A stretch of 32,000 nucleotides of DNA, taken from assembly GCF_000017305.1 (NCBI RefSeq), contig NC_009664.2, forward strand, positions 450,001 to 482,000, in the 5' to 3' direction. Position numbers and translations under genes: made by a program. This stretch comes from Kineococcus radiotolerans SRS30216 = ATCC BAA-149. GTDB taxonomy: Bacteria; Actinomycetota; Actinomycetes; Actinomycetales; Kineococcaceae. Below the pieces are notes generated by a model. The model saw only the letters and a program-made list of their open reading frames with translations. It was not told the DNA's origin and ran no database searches. Positions 23,279 through 29,832 of this stretch are shown one piece after another; within the stretch, counting starts at the first letter, position 1, and each line of letters begins with the position of its first letter.

Positions 23279-23586
23279 GCTCCTACCCCCGCCTCATCCA
23301 CACGCAGGAGGGGTCCGGCCTGATCTTCGAGGGCCACGACCTCGACGCAACGGACGTGCTCGCCAAGATTCAGCACGACATGGAACCCCTCGCCGTCGAC
23401 GTGAGCACGGAGGAGGTGTGGGTGCACCTGCACCCCCGCGTCAAGAACTGCGCCGACTACGGAGGCCCCTGTGACCTCGAAGGTGAGTGGCACGCCCACT
23501 GGGAGCCCGTGAAGGCGTCGCCGGGGGCCGCGTTCACCATCGCCTACCCCGACACCACCGACACCAGCCAGGAGGCAGGGCAGTGA
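23275..23586 (+). CDS. hypothetical phage protein (103 aa) ending DTSQEAGQ
   Basis: GTGA overlap. MSSYPRLIHTQEGSGLIFEGHDLD... Confidence 0.6.
   Translation: MSSYPRLIHTQEGSGLIFEGHDLDATDVLAKIQHDMEPLAVDVSTEEVWVHLHPRVKNCADYGGPCDLEGEWHAHWEPVKASPGAAFTIAYPDTTDTSQEAGQ
23562..23586 (+). repeat. Junction-cassette copy
   Basis: CACCAGCCAGGAGGCAGGGCAGTGA. Confidence 0.85.
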
Positions 23587-23747
23587 TTCGTATTGTCCCC
23601 GCCACCCACGTCAGCGGCGGCCGGACCCGTCCCGGCCAGCGTGTCCTGCTCATCGTGCGGACCACACCGGCCGGCCCGCGGAAGCTCGGCACGACCCCCT
23701 GCCCGCGATGGCTGTGGGAGCGGCTACGGCAGCGGTGGATCCGGTGA
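23583..23747 (+). CDS. hypothetical basic mini-protein (54 aa)
   Basis: GTGA overlaps at both ends. VIRIVPATHVSGGRTRPGQRVLLIVRTTPAGPRKLG... Confidence 0.45.
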   Translation: MIRIVPATHVSGGRTRPGQRVLLIVRTTPAGPRKLGTTPCPRWLWERLRQRWIR

Positions 23748-24100
23748 GCGTCTACAGCACCAGCACCACCCCACGCGCTCGCATCGAGCACCGCTGCGAC
23801 CAGTGCGCCCGCACCATCCCCGTCGGCGAGACCTACTCCCGCTGGGAGGGCGTCACCGGTGACGGCTGGCACACCAACAAGGCGTGCCAGCAGTGCGACG
23901 CCTACCAGCGGGCCCTATTCGACGAGGGCATCTACGACGAGGACGAGTACGGGTCGAAGTGCTACCCGTGGCTGTCCGACGTGGACTGGTCGGACTTCGC
24001 GGACGACCCACTGTGGGTGCTGCGCCGGGAGCGGTTCCGGCAGCAGTGGGCCGGGCAGCCGTTCCCCATCGCGCTGGACCAGGAGGCCTCCCGTGCCTGA
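23744..24100 (+). CDS. Cys4 zinc-finger-like protein (118 aa)
   Basis: GTG 23744 inside track ORF 23708..24100. CDQC..(25 aa)..CQQC. Confidence 0.55.
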   Translation: MSVYSTSTTPRARIEHRCDQCARTIPVGETYSRWEGVTGDGWHTNKACQQCDAYQRALFDEGIYDEDEYGSKCYPWLSDVDWSDFADDPLWVLRRERFRQQWAGQPFPIALDQEASRA

Positions 24101-24392
24101 TGAGCCGACCACGGAACACCCGCGCCAGTGGCTACACGACCTCGCCACGAAGCTAGGTGCCCCCGTGGCCTGGGTGGAAGGACGGCTCCTGCCCGCCCTG
24201 GACGACCTGGGATACCGCATCACCCGGATCCCCAACCCCCTGCTGGACAAGCGGGGCAACTACTACGGCAAGCAAGGCACCACCCACGAGCACCGCACCG
24301 TCGGCGACTACCGCGCTTGGTCCTACGACGCCAGTGAGTGGTGCTACCCCTCCGACCCGTGCCGACTGTGCAGGGAGATGGCCGATGCCTGA
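24093..24392 (+). CDS. hypothetical phage protein (99 aa)
   Basis: GTG 24093 after AGGAGG (24081-24086). 8-nt overlap GTGCCTGA. Starts VPDEPTTE. Confidence 0.55.
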   Translation: MPDEPTTEHPRQWLHDLATKLGAPVAWVEGRLLPALDDLGYRITRIPNPLLDKRGNYYGKQGTTHEHRTVGDYRAWSYDASEWCYPSDPCRLCREMADA

Positions 24393-24672
24393 CGAGCAGA
24401 TGCCCACCCGCGAGCCCGCCCTCATCGAGGTCATGGTGGGTGCTTGCGCCGACGCAGCCCGCGCCGGCCGCCCAGCGACGTTCGGTGACCTCGCACGCGC
24501 CGTCGCCACCTGGGTGGACGAGAACACCGTCACGAAGCAGGCCCTCACCCGCCTCGCGCGGCAGTGGGACAGCGACACCACACGCCAGCGAGCTGGACTG
24601 GGACACACCTACGCTGCCGAGCTGCGTGCTCTGACCCGCCTCGACGGCGGAGAATGGGAGATCGCGCCGTGA
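24385..24672 (+). CDS. hypothetical phage protein (95 aa)
   Basis: 8-nt overlap ATGCCTGA. Starts MPDEQMPT. Confidence 0.55.
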   Translation: MPDEQMPTREPALIEVMVGACADAARAGRPATFGDLARAVATWVDENTVTKQALTRLARQWDSDTTRQRAGLGHTYAAELRALTRLDGGEWEIAP

Positions 24673-24923
24673 GCCTCTTCGACCACGTCGACGCCGACGG
24701 CGAGCACCTGGCTATCGAGGAGGGCTACCTCGTCCTCGTCGGCAAGCGCTCCCTCGTCGCGAACCACCACGACTCCCAGGACATCGGCGGCGACAGCAAG
24801 GTCGTCGTCGCGCTCCCGGCCGAGCCCACCGAGGTCAAGGAACTGATCGACGCCATCCTCACCGCGACCGAGTGCACCATCGACGCCGCCCCGCGCACGG
24901 ACTGGGCGGTCGTCGAGCGATGA
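24669..24923 (+). CDS. hypothetical phage protein (84 aa)
   Basis: GTGA overlap. VSLFDHVDADGEHLAIEEGYLVLVGK... Confidence 0.5.
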   Translation: MSLFDHVDADGEHLAIEEGYLVLVGKRSLVANHHDSQDIGGDSKVVVALPAEPTEVKELIDAILTATECTIDAAPRTDWAVVER

Positions 24924-25303
24924 GAACCGACGCCGCCCCGATCCTCGCCCACTTGGTTGGTGACTACGTCCTGCAGACCGACCATCAGGCGCAGACCAAG
25001 ACCAGCAGCAGCGCCACCGCGGCACTGCACGCCGCCACCTACACGCTGCCCTTCCTGGCCCTCACGCGCTCCCCCTGGCGCCTGGCCATCATCGGCGGCA
25101 CCCACTTCGCCATCGACCGGTGGCGCCTCGCCAAGCACGTCGCCTGGGCCAAGAACCAGCTAGCCCCCGCCAGCTTCCGTCCCGGGCACACCGCCACCGG
25201 CTACAGCGACGACAAGCCGCCGTGGATGAGCGTGTGGCTGCTCATCCTCACCGACAACACCCTCCACCTCCTCATCAACGCCGCCGCCCTGGAGGACCAG
25301 TGA
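24920..25303 (+). CDS. DUF3307-like membrane protein
   Basis: 127 aa. LAHLVGDYVLQTDHQA and THFAIDRW motifs plus hydrophobic segments. Family assignment is from memory. Confidence 0.6.
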   Translation: MRTDAAPILAHLVGDYVLQTDHQAQTKTSSSATAALHAATYTLPFLALTRSPWRLAIIGGTHFAIDRWRLAKHVAWAKNQLAPASFRPGHTATGYSDDKPPWMSVWLLILTDNTLHLLINAAALEDQ

Positions 25304-25455
25304 CCGCCCAGCCCGGGTGCCCCATGTGCAAGGCCCTCACCAGCCGCGCGGCCGACGTGCACCCCGACCACATCACCCACGAGTCCGACGCGGCGCACCA
25401 CGTGGAGTGCCCTGACCCGCCGTGCACCCACTACGGCCAAGGGGCAGGACAGTGA
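25300..25455 (+). CDS. Cys/His-rich mini-protein (51 aa) ending GQGAGQ
   Basis: GTGA overlap. CPMC...HHVECPDPPCTH. Confidence 0.45.
   Translation: MTAQPGCPMCKALTSRAADVHPDHITHESDAAHHVECPDPPCTHYGQGAGQ
25441..25455 (+). repeat. Junction-cassette copy (3' part)
   Basis: GGGGCAGGACAGTGA. Confidence 0.7.
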
Positions 25456-25757
25456 GCGACGGCGTCGAGGTCTACCGCGTCATGGACCGCAGGCCCCGCA
25501 AGACCGCCGCGTGGCTACTGCGAACCGCCTACCAGCACGGAGCTCGTGAGCCCCGCGCCGACCGCGCACCCTGGTCAGCGCTGGCCCGGACACTGACCGC
25601 CGCGGGACGACTCCTGTGGCGTGCCCAGAACCCGCAGATGCGGTGGCAAGCCGAGTGGCCCGGGTGCCGACGGGCCGTCCGTGCTCTCACCAAGCGCGGC
25701 GCCTACGCCAAAGCCCATCGGACACGCGCTACCCAGAACGGAGCAGGCCATGCCTGA
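25452..25757 (+). CDS. hypothetical basic phage protein (101 aa)
   Basis: GTG 25452 inside track ORF 25422..25757. Confidence 0.5.
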   Translation: MSDGVEVYRVMDRRPRKTAAWLLRTAYQHGAREPRADRAPWSALARTLTAAGRLLWRAQNPQMRWQAEWPGCRRAVRALTKRGAYAKAHRTRATQNGAGHA

Positions 25758-26058
25758 CGACCCCACCAGCGACCTAGCCGACGCGCTCGGCAAGGCAGTC
25801 CTCGAGCTGACACAACAGCGCGGCAACCGCTTCTACCTCGCAGGCGGCCTCTGGCACGCGGAACTGAACCTCGACGAGAAGGACGATGACCTACCCCGCC
25901 TCGCGCGCGCAGCCCTCGCCTGGGTCGACAAGAACTACGTGCCGCGCCTCCTCGTGGAACGCGTCCTGGAGCTCGACGACCAAGCCTGCTCTGGCCAGTC
26001 CTACAACCTCCTGAACGCGATCGTGCGCGCGCCCCACGAGATCGACAGGTGGAAGTGA
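25750..26058 (+). CDS. hypothetical phage protein (102 aa)
   Basis: 8-nt overlap ATGCCTGA. Starts MPDDPTSD. Confidence 0.55.
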   Translation: MPDDPTSDLADALGKAVLELTQQRGNRFYLAGGLWHAELNLDEKDDDLPRLARAALAWVDKNYVPRLLVERVLELDDQACSGQSYNLLNAIVRAPHEIDRWK

Positions 26059-26228
26059 CCAGCATCCACGTCAGCCCCGTCAACGACCTCGTCGAGCACA
26101 ACACCACCGGCGACGACTGCCCCTGCGGCCCCACCACCGAGCCAGTCCCCCGCCCAGACGGCTCCATCGGGTGGCTCATCACCCACCACTCCCTCGACGG
26201 CCGCGAACAGCACGAGAGCAACCCATGA
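26055..26228 (+). CDS. Cys/His mini-protein paralog 1 (57 aa; absent from ORF track)
   Basis: GTGA overlap. VTSIHVSPVNDLVEHNTTGDDCPCGPTTEPVPRPDGSIGWLITHHSLDGREQHESNP. High GC3. Confidence 0.55.
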   Translation: MTSIHVSPVNDLVEHNTTGDDCPCGPTTEPVPRPDGSIGWLITHHSLDGREQHESNP

Positions 26229-26416
26229 CCGCACTCGCCGGCGCCGCGCACGTCGACGCCCAGGACGACGTCATCGCTCACGACACCGACGGCGACGCCT
26301 GCATCTGCGGGCCGACCGTCGTCCCCCGCCGCTGCAGCGATGGCTCGCTCGGCTGGCACGTCACCCACAACCGCCTCGACGCCCCCGAACGCCCCGGGAG
26401 GAACGCCCATGCCTGA
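26225..26416 (+). CDS. Cys/His mini-protein paralog 2 (63 aa)
   Basis: ATGA overlap. MTALAGAAHVDAQDDVIAHDTDGDACICGPTVVPRRCSDGSLGWHVTHNRLDAPE... About 22 of 47 aligned residues are shared with paralog 1. Confidence 0.55.
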   Translation: MTALAGAAHVDAQDDVIAHDTDGDACICGPTVVPRRCSDGSLGWHVTHNRLDAPERPGRNAHA

Positions 26417-26771
26417 CCACCCCACCCCGGCCAGCCTGCACCTCTACCACTGGTCCCCCACCAGCCGCCGCAAGCAGATCCAGCGATACGGCTTCCGCCC
26501 CGGCAGCCGCTCCCTCGACGGCGCATGGCGCCCACCGTTCGTCTGCTTCTCCGACGACCCCCACCTCGCCTGGTCCCTCTCCGGCTACATCCACCCCGAG
26601 ATCACCTCCTGGGACCTCTGGCTGGTCAGCGACCAGGTCGTCACCGGCTACGAGACGCTCTCCTTCGACGGCGGCCCCCTCGACGGGCAGGTGAAGGAGT
26701 ACCGCGTCTACGAGCGCATCCCCGCCCGCGACGCCTGGTACGTCGCCACCCGGGAACAGGACACGGCATGA
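26409..26771 (+). CDS. hypothetical phage protein (120 aa)
   Basis: 8-nt overlap ATGCCTGA. Starts MPDHPTPA. Confidence 0.6.
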   Translation: MPDHPTPASLHLYHWSPTSRRKQIQRYGFRPGSRSLDGAWRPPFVCFSDDPHLAWSLSGYIHPEITSWDLWLVSDQVVTGYETLSFDGGPLDGQVKEYRVYERIPARDAWYVATREQDTA

Positions 26772-27532
26772 AGACGCCCACCGAGCGACTGCACGCCGCA
26801 CTGTCCAGCGTGCTGACCGACTGGGACCATGCCCTCGAGCCGCTGCCCACGCCCAGCGCCGGCAAGGCACCCGGCCCCGCCGGCTCCAAGCCGCCACTGC
26901 CGACGAGCTCCCTGTCGGTACGTGCCGAGGTGTTCGAGTTCCTCGCCTCCTGGCGGCGCTACCTCGCCGACCGGTTCGCCGACACCCCCGCCTCGTGGGA
27001 CGTCCCGCCCCTGGCGCGATGGTTCCTCCACCACGCCGACGAGCTGGCCACCGACCAGGTCATCCTCGACGAGCTCGACCGGCCCGTGTCCGGGCTCGTC
27101 GCCCTAGCCAAGGAGCTGCACGACGCGGCGAACCCGCCCGTGCCCGCGGGCCCTGCCCTCGGCGACTGCCCCGTCTGCCACGAGACGGTCCGCTGGGTGC
27201 CGCTACGAGCGGTGGCCTGCTGCGGCGGATGCGGGGTGTGTCGCCCCTGGGAGGAGTGGAAGAGCATCCTCGGCGTCGAGCTGGCCACATCGAGCCCCGT
27301 CCCGAGCGCCCTGGTCATCTCTTTCGTCGGGCAGGAGTACCACCGCACGATCACCAAGGAGCAGCTGTGGCAATGGGCGAGCCGCGCTGACGGCGGGCCC
27401 AGCGGGCGAAGCGCTACAGGCGTCCACCGCCACGGCAAGAACGCGCAAGGTCAGACGCTCTACTCCCTCCAGGAAGTGAAGGCCTGGTGCGACAAGCTCT
27501 GGAAGGAAGGCCCACGTGAGCGCGCGTCATGA
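26768..27532 (+). CDS. hypothetical phage protein with Cys cluster (254 aa)
   Basis: ATGA overlap. CPVCHETVRWVPLRAVACCGGCGVC. Confidence 0.6.
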   Translation: MKTPTERLHAALSSVLTDWDHALEPLPTPSAGKAPGPAGSKPPLPTSSLSVRAEVFEFLASWRRYLADRFADTPASWDVPPLARWFLHHADELATDQVILDELDRPVSGLVALAKELHDAANPPVPAGPALGDCPVCHETVRWVPLRAVACCGGCGVCRPWEEWKSILGVELATSSPVPSALVISFVGQEYHRTITKEQLWQWASRADGGPSGRSATGVHRHGKNAQGQTLYSLQEVKAWCDKLWKEGPRERAS

Positions 27533-28025
27533 GTTCGTCACCCCTCTCAGGCTGTGCCTCATGCCCGGGTGCGCGAACAAGCCCTGGTTCGACTACCGCG
27601 ACGACGTCTGTCTCCCATGCGCACGTGAGATCGCCGACCGTGTCGAGCGGCAAGACCCGGAGCGAGAGGAACGCGTCCTGGCCCGCAAGCGCAACCGTGG
27701 GCGCGCGGGCTGGATCTACTACGTCCAGGTGGAGAAGCTCATCAAGATCGGTTTCAGCACCGACCTACGGAAGCGCCTACGCGCCTACCCGCCTGCCGCG
27801 GCAGTGCTGGCCTATCGTCCCGGCACCTGGGACGAGGAGCAGGAGCTACACCGCCACTTCCGAGCACTGCTGCACTCAGGACGAGAGTGGTACCGAGCCG
27901 ACGTCGAGCTGCTAGATCACATCGCCACCGTCCCTAAGCATTGGGTCGAAGGCGTGACAGCCACGGCGTGGGCACCAGCTCCTCCACCGCAGGCCACCAA
28001 GATGCGAGCACGCTCCCGGCGCTGA
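27516..28025 (+). CDS. T5orf172/GIY-YIG-like nuclease-family protein with N-terminal Cys4 motif
   Basis: 169 aa. GWIYYVQVEKLIKIGFSTDLRKRLRAY...EQELHRHFRALLHSGREWY. N-terminal C..GC...(15)..C..C. GC3 is lower than in neighbouring genes. Confidence 0.7.
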   Translation: MSARHEFVTPLRLCLMPGCANKPWFDYRDDVCLPCAREIADRVERQDPEREERVLARKRNRGRAGWIYYVQVEKLIKIGFSTDLRKRLRAYPPAAAVLAYRPGTWDEEQELHRHFRALLHSGREWYRADVELLDHIATVPKHWVEGVTATAWAPAPPPQATKMRARSRR

Positions 28026-28280
28026 GCACAGACGGCAGGTCATCAGCAGGACACACGTGCCTCACTTCGCGCAACTAGAGACAGAAGGAGGTACTTAGGG
28101 TAAGGTCAGGGCTGTTGCGGCAGGAGTGTCTCTGCTGCTGGTCAGCCACCCTCTCAATCCCCCGATCGGCCGGGCGTGTGCCCGCACTCCCCACCCACAG
28201 AGTCTCGCTCAAGAGGCCTGCCGGGGTTGAGGTAGCAGTGCGGGCCCGCTCGGCCTTCTCGTTGCCGAGGAGGTCTACCA

Positions 28281-28526
28281 GTGCAGCGCCGACTCACCCC
28301 AGACGACCGCGAGATCCTCGACTGTCTCGCCGCCCTCCCCGACCTCAGCCCGCGCAGCACAGGCCCCGTGCTGCACGCCAGGTTCGGCGAGCTCACCCGC
28401 GTCTGGCAGCACGTCAACGCCCTCATCGACACCGAGGCCGCGCTGACCTACCAGCCCGACCTCGTCGCCCGACTGCGACGCCTGCGCACGGGACGCCGTG
28501 GTCACCTCCGCCGCACCGCGGCATGA
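28281..28526 (+). CDS. DUF3263-like small protein
   Basis: 81 aa. GTG after GAGGAGG. LTPDDREILD...WQHVNALIDTEAALTYQPDLVARLRRLR matches my recollection of the DUF3263 pattern. Confidence 0.6.
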   Translation: MQRRLTPDDREILDCLAALPDLSPRSTGPVLHARFGELTRVWQHVNALIDTEAALTYQPDLVARLRRLRTGRRGHLRRTAA

Positions 28527-28825
28527 GCAGACCACTCCCACCTGACCACAACGCACGCTACGGGGCCGCGCACCGCCGCCTGCGTGGGATGTGGAAGCAC
28601 CGCATCAAGCAAGGCGGCGTCACCTGCTGGCGGTGCGGCGAGCAGCTGCCCGCCGACATCCCCGACAGCGCATGGGATCTCGGCCACGACGACAAGGACC
28701 GCAGCAAGTACCGCGGCCCCGAGCACTCAGCCGGCTGCAACCGCAGCGCCGCCGGCAAGGCCAGCGCACTCAAGCGCCGCGGCCACCTGCGCCCCACACC
28801 ACGCCACCCGGGAGTCCTGCCGTGA
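28523..28825 (+). CDS. Terminase-associated HNH endonuclease
   Basis: 100 aa. CWRCGEQL...WDLGHDD...HSAGCNRSAAG. Sits just upstream of the terminase genes. Confidence 0.75.
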   Translation: MSRPLPPDHNARYGAAHRRLRGMWKHRIKQGGVTCWRCGEQLPADIPDSAWDLGHDDKDRSKYRGPEHSAGCNRSAAGKASALKRRGHLRPTPRHPGVLP

Positions 28826-29013
28826 AGCTCAAGTACCTGCGCAAGCTCGGCCAGAACAAGGCCGGCGACACCGTCGACGTCGACGACGCCAGCGCCCGCT
28901 ACCTGCTCGACCGCGGCTTGGCCCAGGCCATCGACGACGAGCCGGCCGACGACGAGCCGAAGCCCACGCGCCGCCGCCGCGCGGCCGCCGAGGGCGACGA
29001 CCAGAGCGAGTGA
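28822..29013 (+). CDS. hypothetical phage protein (63 aa, acidic tail)
   Basis: GTGA overlap. VKLKYLRKLGQNKAGDTVDVDDASARYLLDRGLA... Confidence 0.5.
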   Translation: MKLKYLRKLGQNKAGDTVDVDDASARYLLDRGLAQAIDDEPADDEPKPTRRRRAAAEGDDQSE

Positions 29014-29048
29014 TCACGGGGGTGGGGGGTGACCCCCCTCCCGTGATC
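29012..29048 (+). terminator. Strong GC hairpin overlapping the upstream stop codon
   Basis: GATCACGGGGGTGGGGGG-TGA-CCCCCCTCCCGTGATC (9 perfect bp, one mismatch/bulge, 6 G:C), followed by TTCCTCC. Confidence 0.5.
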
Positions 29049-29170
29049 TTCCTCCACCGTTCCGCATAGCGCCTGACTGGCGCTACGGGTTCCAGGGTCG
29101 CGACCCCGGGGCCCTGGCGGCCGCCGCTGGCCGGCGGCCGCCCCTGCGCCCACCCCACCCCGGAGGACTC
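29049..29170 (+). other. Highly structured non-coding leader of the packaging module (cos/pac candidate)
   Basis: Hairpin TAGCGCC-TGACT-GGCGCTA (29067-29085). CCAGGG..TCGCGA..CCCCGGGG..CCCTGG (29092-29117). Two copies of the 10-bp palindrome GGCGGCCGCC (29116-29125, 29133-29142). Confidence 0.4.
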
Positions 29171-29410
29171 GTGACCCAGCAGCCCAGCGTCGGCCGCGTC
29201 GTGCACTACCAGAGCTACGGCACCCCCGGCGGCGAGTACCTGCCCGCCCCGCGGGCCGCGGTCATCACCGCCGTGCCGGACTCCATCGAGGGGATGACGG
29301 TCTCGCTGGCCGTGCTGAACCCGACCGGGCTGTTCTTCGGCGTCGAGGTCCCGCACGCCGAGGACGACGTCCCGACCCCTGGCCACTGGAACTGGCCGCC
29401 TCGCACCTGA
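29171..29410 (+). CDS. hypothetical phage protein (79 aa)
   Basis: GTG after GGAGGA. MTQQPSVGRVVHYQSYGTPGGEYLP... Confidence 0.6.
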   Translation: MTQQPSVGRVVHYQSYGTPGGEYLPAPRAAVITAVPDSIEGMTVSLAVLNPTGLFFGVEVPHAEDDVPTPGHWNWPPRT

Positions 29411-29433
29411 CCGCGGCTACCTGAGGAGGCGAC

Positions 29434-29832
29434 GTGCCCGGCCCCGCCCCCAAGCCGGCGGCGCAGCGTCGCCGCACGAACGCCGCCCCGGGAACCATCC
29501 AGCTGCCCGCCGAGGGTCGCCGCGGCAACCCGCCGAAGTGGCCGCTGTCCACGCCCAAGCCGTCGTCCTGGCCGTCGCTGTGGCGGCTGCCCCAGGCGGT
29601 CGCGTGGGAGCGACTGCACCTCACCCGGGTCGTGGCCCGCTACGCCGCGACGCTGGTGCTGGCCGAGTCGCCCGACGGCTCCGCCGCGATCCTCGGCGAG
29701 GTCCGGCAGATGGAGGACCGCCTGGGCCTGAACCCCATGGCGATGCTGCGGCTGCGCTGGGAGATCAGCGCGCCGGTCGAGCAGGCCAGCTCCGCAGAGG
29801 TGACGCGCCTTGACGACTACCGCGACCTCTGA
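29434..29832 (+). CDS. Terminase small subunit, P27 family
   Basis: 132 aa. The characteristic N-terminus MPGPAPKPAAQRRRTN and its position directly before the large terminase. Confidence 0.8.
   Translation: MPGPAPKPAAQRRRTNAAPGTIQLPAEGRRGNPPKWPLSTPKPSSWPSLWRLPQAVAWERLHLTRVVARYAATLVLAESPDGSAAILGEVRQMEDRLGLNPMAMLRLRWEISAPVEQASSAEVTRLDDYRDL

Noticed and set aside
22518-25455. The recurrent CAGGAGGCAGGACAGTGA motif as a CRISPR-like array
   Set aside because: Spacing is irregular (about 80, 640, 320 and 1880 nt). Copies lie within or at the ends of coding genes and contain SD/start/stop signals. No cas genes are present.
28085-28825. Long ORF 28115..28825 starting after the SD-like GAAGGAGG
   Set aside because: The SD is 23 nt from the TTG. 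The first 400 nt are out of frame with the well-supported DUF3263-like gene, which has its own SD. Only the 28523..28825 portion (the HNH protein) is credible.
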